Of a DNA stretch of 64,000 bases, positions 12,625 to 25,928 are shown one piece after another (the stretch's first letter is position 1; each line of letters starts with the position of its first letter). Position numbers and translations under genes: made by a program. The notes under the pieces are model-generated. The model did not search any database. It was given only the letters and a program-made list of their open reading frames with translations, and was not told the DNA's origin. The stretch spans positions 30,444,001-30,508,000 of the forward strand of contig CM059433.1 of the NCBI GenBank assembly GCA_030390025.1. Reading direction: 5' to 3'. The DNA comes from Squalus acanthias (Eukaryota).

Positions 12625-13062
12625 TTTATTTATTCTCAAGATGTGGCCATCGCTGGCATTTATTGCCCATACTTAGTTGCCCTCGAGAAGGTGGTGGTGA
12701 GCCGCTGCCTTGAACCTTTGCAGTCTGTCTGGTGAAGGTACTCCCACAGTACTCTTAAGTAGGGAGTTCCAGTGTTTTGACCCAGCGACGATGAAGGAAT
12801 GGCGATATATTTCCAAGTCTGGATGGTGTGTGACTTGGAGGAGGGGAACTTGGAGGTGGTAGTGTTCCGATGCACCTGCTGGCCTTTTCTTTCTAGGTGG
12901 CGGAGGTTGCGGATTTGGGAAGTGCTGCCGAAGAAGGCTTGGCGAGTTGGTGTAGTGCATCCAATCGATGCTACACACTGCAGCCACATTGCATCAATGG
13001 TGGATGGAGTGGATGTTTAAGGTGGTGGATGGGTTGCTGATCAAGTGGACTGCTTAGTCCTC
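12625..13062 (-). mobile_element. 3' fragment of the tRNA-headed CR1-like LINE family
   Basis: Reverse complement of 20830-21270. Confidence 0.85.
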
Positions 13063-13284
13063 CACCTGTGTGACAACTTTGTGTTATTTGGTGCTGAATT
13101 AGTGGGTTTTTATTTTTGCTATGGGTTCTGAATATTGATTGTCTGGACACATTTTATGTGGGCCCCTGTATTCAGCAGTGTGAGGAGAATTTCCCTCTAG
13201 AGAGGAGAGACTTGCATTCCCCCAGCCTGGAATGCTTTTCAATCCAGGTTTCATGGGTGAAAGGATAGCATTCTGGCCTACTGT

Positions 13285-14452
13285 TTTTTTTACTCATTCC
13301 TGGGATATGGGCGTCGCTGGCAAGGCCAGCATTTAGTGCCCATCCCTAATTGGTATTGAGAATGTGGTGATGAGCCGCCTTCTTGAACCGCTGCAGTCTG
13401 TGTGGTGAAGGTGCTCCCACAGTGCTGTTAGGGAGGGAGTTCCAAGATTTTGACCCAGCGACAATGCAGGAATGTCGCTATATTTCCAAGTCAAGATGGT
13501 TTGTGACTTGGAGGGGAACTTGCAGGTGATGGTGTTCCCATGTGCCTGCTGCCCTTGTGCTTCTAGGCAGTAGAGGTTGCAGGTTTGGGAAGTGCTGCCG
13601 AAGAAGCCTTGGCGAGTTGCTGCAGTGCTTCTTGTAGATGGTACACACTGCAGCTACAGTGCGCCGGTGGTGGAGGGAGTGAATGTTTAGGTGGTGGATG
13701 GGGTGCCAATCAAGTGGGCTACTTTGTCCTGGATGGTGTCGAGCTTCTTCTGTGTTGTTGAAGCTGTATTTATCCAGGCAAGTGGAGAGTATTCCATCAC
13801 ACTCCTTACTTGTGCCTTGTAGATTGTGGAAAGACTTTGGGAAGTCAGGAGGTGATTCACTCACCACAGAATACCCAACCTATGACCTGCTTTTGTAGCC
13901 ACAGTATTTATGTGGCTGGTCCAGTTAAGTTTCTGGTCAATAGTGACCCCCAGGATGTTGATGGGGGATTCGGCGATAGTTATCCCATTGAATATCAAGG
14001 GGAGGTGGCTAGACTGTCTCTTGTTAGAGATGGTCATTGCCAGGCATTTGTGTGGCGTGAATGTTACTTGCCACTTATCAGCCCAACCCTGAATGTTGTT
14101 CAGGTCTTGCTGCATGCGGGCATGGACTGTTTCATTATCTGAGGAGTTGCAAATGAAACTGAACACTGTGCAATCATCAGCAAACATCCCCACTTCTCAC
14201 CTTATGATGGCAGGAAGGTCATTGATGAAGCAGCTGAAGATGGTTGGGCCTAGGACACTGCCCTGAGGAACTCCTGCAACGATGACCTGGGGCTGAGATG
14301 ATTGGCCTCCAACAACCACAACCATCTTCCTTTGTGCTAGGTATGACTCCAGCCAGTGGAAAGTTTCCCCGATTCCCATTGACCTCAATTTTACTAGGGC
14401 TCCTTGATGCCACATTCGGTCAAATGCTGCCTTGATGTCAAGGGCAGTCACT
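13285..14452 (-). mobile_element. 5'-truncated copy of the tRNA-headed CR1-like LINE family
   Basis: [25 protein letters not shown] and MFADD RT motifs; A-rich tail near 13285; frameshifted. Confidence 0.88.
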
Positions 14453-15099
14453 GTGCCAACTAACTCCCCCATTTACAAATATTCTTATGAAACTGCACTT
14501 CATACAAATGCTAGAATGAGAAGATACATATGAAAACATGGCAAACAATCTGAGCCATTTTGACAATCTGACCTTCACTCCGGGTGGCCCACCTCTTAAC
14601 TGGGCATCATGGCATTCTGCAGATATTGAAGGAATGAGCTCGTCCTCCTGTTTCCTGATCCAGCTCATAGCTGTACCCTTTCTGTAAGAGCAAAATTATC
14701 TCGTCTATGCCCTCATGTCTTGATAGAAACACATCCTATCATGACCAGCTGTGGTCACAGGGTTGGCATCATAGTTGCACGTCAACAATTTTCCATCGCA
14801 CGATTGACTCAGTGTTTATATTAAAAATTGAATATCTGCAAGAACCTCCTGTCAACATTTCTCATTGCAAGTTCCTACGTTCACCTTTATAATGGAAACT
14901 GACTATATAAGCCTGTCAGACTATAATTACAGCCTCCCATGGCAATGCTGTAGTGCTCAGTATTGCCTCTCCCTTTACTGCAGAGAAACTCTATGCTCCA
15001 ACCAACTCTGCTTCCTAAATGGCTATACATTTTGCTATTGAATTATAAGTAATAATTTAAAATCAAAGTATTATATAAAAATAAGGACAGATGGGAATG

Positions 15100-15641
15100 A
15101 CCAGCCTCCCACCTTGCACCCTCCATATACTTGGGCTCATCCAAAACTCTGTTCTCCATATCCTAACTCGCACCAAGTCCCATTCACCCATCACCCGCCC
15201 TGTGCTCGCTGACTTACATTGGCTCATGGTCCGGTAATGCCTCGACTTTAAAATTCTCATCTTTGTTTTGAAATCCCTCCATGGCCTTGACCCTCTCTAT
15301 CTCTGTAACCTCCTCCAACCCTACAACCCTCTGAGATCTCTGCGCTCCTCCAATTCTGGCTCTTGCGCATCCCTGATTTTCATTGCTCCACCATTGGCAG
15401 CCATGCCTTCAGCTGTCCTAAGCATGGAATTCCCTTCCTAAACTGTTCCATCTCTCTACCTTTTTTTCTACCTCCTTTTAAGATGCTCCTTAAAACCTAC
15501 CTCTTTGACCAAGCTTTGGGTCACCTGTCCCAATATCTCCTTACGTGGCTCGGTGTCACATTTTGTCTGATAACGCTCCTGTGAAGTGCCTTGGGACGTT
15601 TTACTACGTTAAAGGCGCTATGTAAATACAAGTTGTTGTTG
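15100..15641 (+). mobile_element. L2 LINE 3' fragment
   Basis: LHWL-type RT C-terminus, LLKTYLFDQA, and tail AAAGGCGCTATGTAAATACAAGTTGTTGTTG shared with the other L2 copies. Confidence 0.8.
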
Positions 15642-15884
15642 AATATCTAAATTTAAATATGCCTGAGTTGCATCTGTATGCCATGATCCAATTGTTCCTT
15701 GCCCTCTAATCTAGCTTGACCTGAAGACTACACTTGGTTTTGACTCCCTACCTGGAAAGCCATGGCGATCAAGGAGCATCAACCTAAATATCACATAACC
15801 TTGATGATTATAGTTTCTAGCTTTACTTTAATAGCTCTTAAATTTATCTTTTTAACCATCATCCTCCCGATCTGATGCACAAAC

Positions 15885-15997
15885 CTAAATTCCACCAATG
15901 GAATGCTCCCCATGGTATTTGCCAATGACATTGTCAAGGTTCTTTGTGTACTTTTGCAACTTCTGTTTCTTCCTAATGACATCATTTTGGTTATTAG
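15885..15997 (-). CDS. Candidate exon of an unidentified host gene
   Basis: AG..GT-bounded open frame LITKMMSLGRNRSCKSTQRTLTMSLANTMGSIPLVEF in unique sequence, phase-compatible with candidates at 28242-28365 and 14573-14681; weak splice sites. Confidence 0.2.
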
Positions 15998-16494
15998 CTT
16001 GAAATGAATTTAGCCCATTAGCTGAGTAAACAGGACTGGAATATTTCAAACAATATGGCATCTTTAATGTAGGTTTAATGGTTCAACATTGTGCTATTAG
16101 TGCAATTATGCAGAGCTTATGATGGAGAGGGTCAGACTGAAATACTAATGGGTTGAGTAATAAGTAATAGTTCAGAGTACTGTGTACATAACCATGTCCC
16201 AGCCATCCAAACAAAATGGGGTGGGATTCATTTCTATCTAATTGTCTTGAAACAAATGTTTAGATTTTCCTTGATAACAAATCGACTCATTATTGTCAAA
16301 AAAAACCCAGCAGCAACAGCGAGGTGTACAGATGGTTTGGGAATTTGTGGCAGTAGAACGAGGCTGGAAGTACCAGTAAACACTCAATTGTATAGTTGCC
16401 TGCACAGCGCAGGCTTGTTGTAACACGAGAAAGCTTAGAATAAGAAAAGATCCATTGTACCCCCCATCCTTCTTCTGGTGGGACTAGACTATTC

Positions 16495-16710
16495 CCAAGA
16501 TCCTGATGGAACTGTTCGAAGAGGAACAGGTAGTCCTCCCAATGTCCTGGCCAACATTCTTTCCTAGACTACAACCACCACCATGAAAACCAGATCATTT
16601 GACCAATCACCTCAGTGCTGTGTCGTGGGATCTTGCTGCTACAGGTCATTGTATGTAAATTGCGTCCAAAACTTTCTGACCGAAATGATAAGGTGTTATA
16701 CAAAAGCAGG
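16495..16710 (+). mobile_element. Old Deu-domain SINE fragment
   Basis: Diverged match to 46400-46600. Confidence 0.6.
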
Positions 16711-16723
16711 TCTGCGGGTACAT

Positions 16724-16805
16724 TAGCATAGTAGTTATGTTACTGGACTAGTAATCCAGAGGCCTGGACTAATGATCCGGAGACATGAGTTCAAATCCCA
16801 CCACG
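16724..16805 (+). promoter_or_regulatory. tRNA-Thr(AGT)-like RNA polymerase III internal promoter
   Basis: A box TAGCATAGTAG, anticodon arm CTGGA-CTAGTAA-TCCAG, B box GAGTTCAAATCCC. Confidence 0.7.
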
Positions 16806-16928
16806 GCAGCTGGGGAATTTAAATACAGTTAATTAAATAAATCTAGAATAAAAAGCTGGTATCAGTAATGGTTACAATGAAACTACCGGATTGTCGTAAA
16901 ACCCCACCTGGTTCACTAATGTCCTTTA

Positions 16929-18455
16929 GAAACATAGAAACATAGAAGATAGGAGCAGGAGTAGGCCATTCGGCCCCTCTAGCCTGCTCCGCCATTCAAT
17001 GCGATCATGGCTGATCATCCAAATTCAGAACACTGTCCCTGCTTTCTTCCCATATCCCTTGATCCCTTTAGCCTTAAGAAATATATCCAACTCCTTCTTG
17101 AATATATTTAATGAATTAGCCTCAACTGCCTTCTGTGGTAGAGAATTCCACAGGTTCACCACTCTCTGTGTGAAGAAATTCCTCCTCATTTCTGTCCTAA
17201 ATGGCTTACCCCTTATCCTTAGACTGTGACCCCTGGTTCTGGACTCCCCGACCATCGGGAACATCCTTCCTGCATCTAGTCTGTCCAGTCCTTTCAGAAT
17301 TTTATAAGTTTCAATGAGATCCCCTCTCATTCTTCTAAACTCCAGCGAGTATAAGCCCAATCGACCCAATCTCTCCTCATACGTCATTCAAGCCATCCCA
17401 GGTATCAGCCTGGTGAATCTTCGCTGAACTCCTTCCATGGCAAGAACCTCCTTCCTCAGATAAGGCGACCAAAACTGCACACAATACTCAAGATGTGGTC
17501 TCACCAAGGCCCTGTACAACTGCAGCAAGACATCCTTGTTCCTGTACTCAAACCCTCTCGCTACGAAGGCCAACATACCATTTGCCTTCTTAACCGCCTG
17601 CTGCACCTGCATGCTTACCTTCAGCGACTGGTGCACAAGGACACCCAGGTCTCGTTGCACTTCCTCTTCTCCCAATCTATTGCCATTCAGATAATAATCT
17701 GCCTTCCTGTTTTTGACACCAAAGTGGATAACCTCGCATTTATCCACCTTATATTGCATCTGCCATGCTTCTGCCCAATTACCCAACCTGTCCAAATCAT
17801 CCTGGAGTTTCTCGGCATCCTCCTCACAGCACAGACGCCCACCCAGCTTTGTGTCGTCTGCAAACTTGGAGATTTTACATCTAGTTCCCTTGTCGAGATC
17901 ATGAATATATATTGTGAATAGCTGGGGTCCAAGGACCGATCCCTGCGGTACCCCACTAGTCACTGCCTGCCACTCGGAAAAAGACCTGTTTATTCCAACT
18001 CTTTGCTTTCTGTCTGCCAACCAGTTCTCTATCCAAGTCAATACCTTGCCCCCAATCCCATGTGCCTTAACTTTACACGTTAATCTCTTATGCGGGACCT
18101 TATCGAAAGCCTTTTGAAAGTCCAAATACACCACATCCACTGGTTCTCCCTTCTCTATTTTACCAGTTACATCCTCAAAAAATTCCAGTAGATTAGTCAA
18201 GCATGATTTACCTTTTGTAAATCCATGTTGACTTTGTCCGATCCTGTCACTGTTTTCCAAGTGCTCTGCTATTACATCTTTTATAATGGACTCTAGCATT
18301 TTCCCCACTACCGATGTCAGGCTTACCGGTCTATAATTCCCCGTTTTCTCTCTACCACCTTTTTTGAATAGTGGGGTAACATTAGCTACCCTCCAATCCA
18401 TGGGTATTGTTCCAGATTCCATCGAATGTTGGAAGATGATCAGCAATGCATCTAC
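16929..18455 (-). mobile_element. Young 5'-truncated CR1 LINE (RT nearly intact)
   Basis: ORFs 17388-18446 and 17025-17387 are in one frame, split by a single stop; KFADD motif; (CTATGTTT)n tail; highly similar to 52580-54098. Confidence 0.95.
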
Positions 18456-21400
18456 AGAACTACAGAAGGAAGGAAATCTGCCACCCTTACCCGGTCTGGC
18501 CTATAGGTGACTCCAGACTCGCAGCAATGTGGTTGACTCCTAACTGCCCTCTGAAATGGCTAAGCAAGCCACTCAGTTGTATAAAACCGCTACAATGAAG
18601 TATACTAGGCACTAGGCACTGGACTCGACAAAGGCACGCCCAATAAACCCTACAAAGTCCTTCTCACTAACATCTGGGGACTTGTGCCAAAATTGGGAGA
18701 GCTGTCCCACAGACTAGTCAAGCAACAGCCTGACATGGTCATACTCACAGAATCATACCTTTCAGCCAACGCCCCAGACTCCTCCATCACCATCCCTGGG
18801 TATGTCCTGTCCCACCAGTAGAACAGACCCACCAGAAGTGGCAGCACAGTGATATACAGTCGGGAGGGAGTGTCCCTGGGAGTCCTCAACATTGACTCCA
18901 GGTAAAACATGGGCAAGGAAACCTGCTGATTACCACCTACCACCCTCCTTCAGCTGATAAATCAGTACTCCTCTGTGTTGAACACCACTTGGAAGAAGCA
19001 TTGAGGGTAGGAAGGGCACAGAACGTATTCTGGGTGGGGGACTTCAAAGTCCATCACCAAGAGTGGCTTAGTAGCATCACTACTGACCGAGCTGGCTGAG
19101 TCACACTGAGGACATGCTCCATCATACTGTGTGGCACTACCACAGTGCTAAATGGGATAGATTCAGAACAGATCTAGCAGCTCAAAACTGGGCATCCATG
19201 AGGTGCTGTAGGCCATCAGCAGCAGTTGAATTGTATTCCACCACAATCTGTAACCTCATGGCCCTGCATATCCCTGCATCTACCATTACCATCAAGCCAG
19301 GGGACCAACCTTGGTTCAATGAGCAGTGTAGAAGAGCATGCCAGGAGCAGCACCAGGCATACCTAAAAATGAGGTGCCAATCTGGTGAAGCTACAACACA
19401 GGACTACATGCATGCTAAACATTGGAGGCAGCATGCTATAGACAGAGCTAAGCGATCCCACAATCAATGGACCAGATCAAAGCTCTGCAGTCCTGCCACA
19501 TCCAGTCATGAATTGTGCTGGACAATTAAACAACTGACAGGAGGAGGAGGCTCCATGAGCATCCCCATCCTCAATGATGGCGGAGCTCAGCACACGAGTG
19601 CAAAAGACAAGGCTGAAACATTTGCAACCATCTTCAGCCAGAAGTGCTGAGTGCATGATCCATCTCGGCCTCCTCCTGAAGTCCCCACCATCATAGAAGC
19701 CAGTCTTCAGCCAATTCGATTCACTCTACGTGATATCGAGAAACGACTGAACACACTGGATACAGCAAAGGCTATGGGTCCCAACAATATCCTGGCTGTC
19801 GTGCTGAAGACCTGTGCTCCAGAACTAGCTGCGCCTCTAGCCAAACTGTTCCTGTACAGTTGTAACACTGCATCTACACGACAATGTGGGAAATTGCCCA
19901 GGTATGCCCTGTCCACAAAAAGCAGGACAAATCCAATCTGGCCAATTACCGCTCCATCAGTCTACTCTCTATCATCAGCAAAGTGATGGAAGGTGTCGAC
20001 TACAGTGCTATCAAGCAGCACCTACCAATAACCTGCTCACCGATGCTCAGTTTTGATTCCACCAGGACCACTCGGATCCAAACCTCATTACAGCCTTGGT
20101 CTAAACATCGACAAAAGAGCTGAATTCCAGAGGTGAGGTGAGTGACTACCCTTGTCATCAAAGCAGCATTTGACTGAGTGTGGCATCAAGGAGCCCAAGT
20201 AAAATTGAAGTCAGTGGGAATCACGGGGCAAACTCTCCACTGGCTGGAGTCATACCTAGCACAAAGGAAGACGGTTGTGGTTGTTGCAGGTCAATCATCT
20301 CAGCCCCAGGACATCGCTGCAGGAGTTCATCAGGGTAGTGTCCTAGGCCCAACCATCTTCAGCTGCTTCATCAATGACCTTCCTCCATCATAAGGTCAGA
20401 AATGAGGATGTTCGCTGATGATTGCAGTGTTGAGTTCCATTCGCAACTCCGCAAATAATGAAGCAGTCCATGATCGCATGCAGCAAGACCTAGACGGCAT
20501 TCAGACTTGAGCTGATAAACGGCAAGTAACATTTGCGCTACACAGGTGCCAGGCAATGACTATCTCCAAGAAGAGAGAGTCGAACCACCGCCCCTTGACA
20601 TTCAATGTCATTACTATTACCAAATCCCTGACCAGCAACATCCTACGGGGGGTCACCAGAAACTTAACAGGATCAGCCACATAAATACTATGGATACAAG
20701 AGCAGGTCAGAGGCTGGGTATTCTGTGTCTCCACCATCTACAAGGCACCGTCTGGAGTGTGATGGAATACTCTCCACTTGCCTGGATGAGTGCCGCTCCA
20801 ACAACACTCAAGAACCTCAACACCATCCAGAACAAAGCAGCCCGCTTGATTGGCACCCAATCCACCACCTTAAACATTCACTCCCTCCACCACTGGTGCA
20901 CTGTGGCTGCAGTGTGTACCATCTACAAGATGCACTGCAGCAACTCACCAAGGCTTCTTCAGCAGCACCTCCCAAACCCCTGACCTCTACCACCTAGAAG
21001 GACAAGGGCAGCAGATGCATGGAAACATCACCACCTCGAAGTTCCCCTCCAAGTCATACGCCATCCTGACTTGGAATTATATCGCCGATCCTTCATTGTC
21101 GCTGGGCCAAAATCCTGGAACTCCCTCCCTAACAGCACTGTGGGAGTACCTTTACTACACGGACTGCAGCGGTTCAAGAAGGCTGCTCACCACCACCTTC
21201 TCAAGATCAATTAGGGATGGGCAATGAATGCTGGCCTTGCCAACAATGCCCACATCCCAAGAACAAATAAAAAAAAAAGTTATTTTCTTATTCAAACCTG
21301 TTCTCTCCCGTGACCATGTGTAATTTATCTCATCAAGGACAGTGCCCCTCTTATTCAATCTCCCGAGAGAAGATTCTTCAATGTTTCATCTCTGTCCACT

Positions 21401-21639
21401 AAAATATAATCAAGTGCAATAGCTCAGTTCAATCAATAAAGGTTGCATATATATTTCTGCTACATAGTGCTGCAGAAGTATCAGGACATTGGGAGAAACC
21501 TGCATATGCAAGAATTTTCATACTGCATTCAACTGGCTTCACTGTATGACCTGGTCTGGTTCACTTAACTGCTTTCCATCAACTTTCAAGAATCACAATA
21601 TCTGAATTGGAAGGTTTCTATGTTTTGTAGCCATTGGAG

Positions 21640-21830
21640 CTCTCCCAGCTTTGTTCACTAGGTAGCGCTATGACCTCTGAGTCGGAAGTTTGTGAGTCCA
21701 AGCCTCACTTCAGGTGAGCATACAATCTAGGCACAAACTTCAGGGCAATATCGAAGGAGTGTTGCATTGTTGGAGTTGCCATCGAGCAGATGAAAAACTC
21801 AAGTCCCATTTGTTTCAAGTGGACATCAAA
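21640..21830 (+). mobile_element. Old Deu-domain SINE 5' fragment
   Basis: Diverged match to the head and core at 46198-46400. Confidence 0.55.
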
Positions 21831-21984
21831 TTCATCTGGGCCTGTTTTTATTTTTGCCCTCTCATTTTTAATCGGGAACACGCATAACGATGACCAATTC
21901 CTACACCGTTACATTTTAAATTAACAAATAATAGCTCCAGTGAGCTCATGACTAAGTTTTATATAAATGTTTTACAATTTGTTT

Positions 21985-23255
21985 TTGGTTTGTGAGCAAC
22001 ACTGGCATGGCAGTATTGATTGTTCATTCTTAGTTGCCCTAAGGACATTAAGGGGGAAAAATTAGGTCGCGCCCCATTTGGGGCGCAAATATCGTCTGGA
22101 CGCAAATATTAGCGCCTGGCGCTAATTATCGCCACTGACTGGAAACTTCACTTTTACTGCCCCGGGAGGTGAGTGGAGTGCTAAATCAGGTGCTGCACAC
22201 CTGTCTTAAAGCGCAAAGGCCAAGGAGTGAGGCGCTAACTCAGAGCGCTGGCGAAGCTCATGTAATGTCAGTCAGCAATGGAACACACACACAATGGCAC
22301 GGGCCAGTTCTTAAAGGGGATGGTTAATCTTGCTTTCCATCCACATCCTGTTCATTGCAGCCTTGAATCTCGGCCTGGAGAGACTTGCACATCAAATGTG
22401 CTGGAAAGAACAATGGAGAGTACCAGGCAAAGAGCTCAGAGTGCAACTCCCACAGTCTCTGCTAAATCGATACAAGGAATGGCAAATCAAAATGAACCTG
22501 CAAAGTGCTGCTCAGTACCCAAAACTCCTTCACACAACGTTGAATCTCTCCAGAAGTCTCTCCCTCTCTCTCTCAGAATGCGTAGTTCAAAAATGCCACC
22601 AACAATAAAAGGCAGGAAGCGGTCACCTTTAAATAGCGCTCCCCCTTTCCCTTCATGACTGCAGAACGCTCCCCTCAACCTGTCGTTGCTAGCGTCAGGC
22701 GGTAAGGCAGGGGGCGCCACTCAATTTCCGCTCCGGGGCGCCACAAGGGCGTTGCACCATGGAATGACGTCACAATCTGCGCGCGCAGGTGGTCGCAGCG
22801 GTAAAGTTTAGCGCCGCCGCACAATGTCGAGTTAAGTTCCCGAGCGGCGCAAACATCGCTGCGCCCGGGCGTTAGCGGCTTTGCGCCCCATTAGCGCCCT
22901 CTTAAGGCGCTAACGGGAGGCGCAACCAACTGAATTTTTACCCCTAAGAGTCAACCACATAATGAAGGACTGGAATCAAATGGAGACCAAGACAAGGTAG
23001 GGTCCAGTAGGGTTATTACAACAATCGGCAACTTTCACTGTCACTTTTTTTTGGGTTGGTAGGAATTGTTTTGTCACAATGCTCCAGCCACCATGAGTGT
23101 GGAGCAGGATTGATGGGCCAGCTGGTCTTTTCTAGCCTGTCATGTTTGTATGTCTGTAAGTTACCAAATTTATTGAATTCAACTTGTGATGTTGGAGATT
23201 TGAACTCACAAACACTGGGTTACTAGCTCAGTAACCTTAATCGCTAGGCTACCAT
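21985..23255 (-). mobile_element. Old tRNA-Thr-headed SINE interrupted by MITE 22052-22944
   Basis: Minus-strand head GGTAGCCTAGCG...CTAGTAA...GAGTTCAAATCTC at 23195-23253; LINE-like tail at 21990-22045. Confidence 0.5.
22052..22944 (+). mobile_element. PIF/Harbinger-type MITE, family B (893 bp)
   Basis: TIRs GGGGGAAAAATT / AATTTTTACCCC; exact TAA TSD (22049-22051, 22945-22947); second copy at 32805-33697. Confidence 0.92.
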
Positions 23256-23829
23256 ACAACATTGCTGTGATGTTATTAAATGTAAAAATCAAAATGACCC
23301 CGTTACTAAGAAATAGTCACAAAACAAACTGAACAGGGTCTTGATTGGACACATTCATTCTCAAAATAAATGGCTTCAGTTGTCTAGAAACTGCCAAGCT
23401 AAGGTATAACATGTGAGTTCTTAAGAACTGCAATGTTAACTTAAAATCACACAACTTTAGGGAGCTTTCAATTGATCTTTTTTAGATCAATAGCTCCAAA
23501 GAAGTCAATGAGAATTATTGCAATTAAGATTAATGAAACCAGCAGCTGTATCAACCCATTCTCGTGTGTGGACAAACGAGTCTCTTCCTGGGCAGATTAA
23601 AACCTACAAACATTGCAACAACGAAGAAATGAAACTAAAGCAGGAAATGTGGAGTCGCGACGGACACCAGCCGTTCACCCAAATAGTACTAATGAGGCAC
23701 AAAGCTCAATTTCGGCCTCCTGGATGGGGCCTGTGTGCCGCACATTTCATAAGAACGCAGTATATTGTTCAAATGAAATTTAGGTCCAAAAATGGGCCCC
23801 AGATGGTTTTCCGTGGTAAAGGGGTCTAA

Positions 23830-24280
23830 AAGCAAGAAAGACTTGCACTTTATACAGTGCTTTTCATGACATCCCAAAGCACTTTACAGTCAATGAAGTA
23901 CTTTTGAAGTGTAGTCACTGTTGTAATGTAGAAAGGCAGCAGCCAATTTGCACACAGCAAGCTCCCACAAACAACAATGCGATAATGACCAAATAATCTG
24001 TTTTAGTGATGTTGATTGAAGGAATAATATGGGCCAGGACACTGGGGAGAACTTCCCTGTTCTTCTTCGAAATAGTGCCAAGGAATCATTTACTTCCACC
24101 TGAGAGAGCAGACAGGGCCTCAGTTTAACGTCTCATCCGAAAGATGACACCTCCCACAGTGCAGCGCTCAGTACTGCATTAGAGTGTCAGCCTATATTTT
24201 TGTGTTCAAGTCTCTGGAGTGGGACTGTGAACCCACACCTTCTGACTCAGAGGAGAGAGTGCTACCCACTCACCGCTCGG
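23830..24280 (-). mobile_element. tRNA-derived Deu-domain SINE (SacSINE1/AmnSINE-like) with L2-type tail
   Basis: Reverse complement of 46198-46880; head near 24200-24275. Confidence 0.85.
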
Positions 24281-25249
24281 CTGATTCTAGAATGAAAGGA
24301 CATTGATGTAACATTAACATGAGAGGGTTATGGAAATGTTTTGATGCTGTGAAATGCACTACCAGAGTTAGTGATTGAAGCAGAGACCATGTCAATATTT
24401 AAGAATAGCTTGAATAGGTGGTTGAAGGAAATGGGGGGTGGGGGGCGGGGGGGGGGGAAAGGGATATGGGAACAGAGCGGGTACAAGGAATTAGGACTAC
24501 TGCTCATGTGGGCGACAAACACCATCACGAACTGGTTGTGCTGTAATGTCTATGCGATATTCCTCTGTGCGTAACAGCTTACAATCATTAACATTCACAG
24601 TTGTCTGTGTCACACAGCTTATGTTTCATCCTCCGGCACATGGGAACACGAAAGTGCCTAATACGGAGAGAAGTTCTGCTTCCATTGCCATAAACAAATG
24701 ACAGCGTAACAGCCCGACAGCAGGCTTGGGAGCTTAGTGTGTGAAAGTAAATGAGGAGTGACTAATTTTTCAAGGCAGGTGGCATTTGGTCAGCAGTTCG
24801 AGCAGCGACAAACTCCCAGTAGAACCAAACTGCAAAATGGTTGAGGTCAATATAACCAGAACCTATTAAGTAGCAGTGTTAATCGCTGTACATCAGTTTA
24901 ACACCATGGGCCAGTGTAATTAGAACTTCATTAAAAGGAAAATGCAGGAAGGCCAATTAATCCATCACAATTCCACAAGACAAATCTATCTCAGTTGTGA
25001 CTTAAGTGAAGTCTGGACATGCCTGCAGCAGTGTAAAGATGTGGATCATTACTGGGGAGAACTCAAACAGACTTCAAATGGTGGGCTATATGAACATGGC
25101 CTACTAAGTTAAATGGTCAGGACCATACTGGAGTCAGATGCTCAGAAAAATGTCTGTTAACAATTCAGCAGAGGTTTAATTCCATGTATTTCTGGAATGT
25201 GTTCTCAAATTGAGGCTTCATCGGCCAGGAGCACTATCAGGAATTAAGA

Positions 25250-25928
25250 TAAACTTGAGCTCATCCAAAACTCTGCTGCCCATATCCTAACTTGCCCCAA
25301 GTCCCGTTCAAACATCACCCCTGTGTTCCCACTAATTTTTTTTGGGTGCACAGCCCCTTTAATGGGCTTTGCGGCTCGTTCAAATTTCAGCGCATGCGCG
25401 GTTTTTCCATTTAAAAGCCACTGAGCGGCCTGCGCGGAACCTTTAGTCCACTGCGCGGTTGTGCAGTTTAACGGGAACATTATCGCTGACCTACATTGGC
25501 TCCCGGTCAGGCTCTGCCTGGATCTTAAAATTCTCATTCTTGTTTCCAATTCCTCCATGGCCTCGCCCCTCCCTATCTCTGTAACTTCCTCCAGCCCTAC
25601 AATCCTCCGAGATCCCCTGCGCTCTTCAAATTCTGACCCCTTGTGCATCCCCGATTTTTCATCACTCCACCATTGCCGGCTGTGCCTTCAGCTGCCTGGG
25701 CCTTAAGCTCTGGAATTCCATCCCTAAACCTCTCCACCTCTCTACTCTTTCTTCTCCTTTAAGACGCTTCTTAAAACCTACCTCTTTGACCAAGCTTTTG
25801 GTCGCCTGTCCTAATATCTCCTTCTGTGGCTCAGTGTCGAATTTTTGTTTGATAATGTTCCTGTGAAGTGCCTTGGGATGTTTTACAACGATAAAGGTGC
25901 TATATAAATGCAAGTTGTTGTTGCTGTT
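25250..25928 (+). mobile_element. L2 LINE 3' fragment containing a small TIR element
   Basis: ADLHWLPVR motif and (TTG)n tail; interrupted at 25321-25482. Confidence 0.8.
25321..25482. mobile_element. Short hAT-like MITE
   Basis: Ends CTGTGTTCCC / GGGAACATTA; about 160-bp insert absent from the parallel L2 copy at 15190-15215; TSD not resolved. Confidence 0.5.

Larger units (their letters stand above)
16715..21279 (+). mobile_element. Near full-length degenerate CR1-like (Jockey-group) LINE with a tRNA-derived 5' head; single APE-RT frame; interrupted by a CR1 at 16929-18465
   Basis: A and B boxes at 16724-16799; 5' UTR resumes at 18468; endonuclease (VILTESYL, GDF) and RT (NYRSISLLS, GVHQGSVLGP, MFADD) motifs with stops; A tail at 21265-21278. 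Confidence 0.85.

Noticed and set aside
16724..16805. Functional tRNA-Thr gene
   Set aside because: Extra duplicated arm, no clean acceptor stem or terminator, and continuous with retroelement sequence.
22278..22658. 126-aa ORF (and its 177-aa twin at 32938-33471) as a duplicated host gene
   Set aside because: Lies wholly inside a TIR/TSD-bounded MITE; the two C-termini differ; no recognisable domain.
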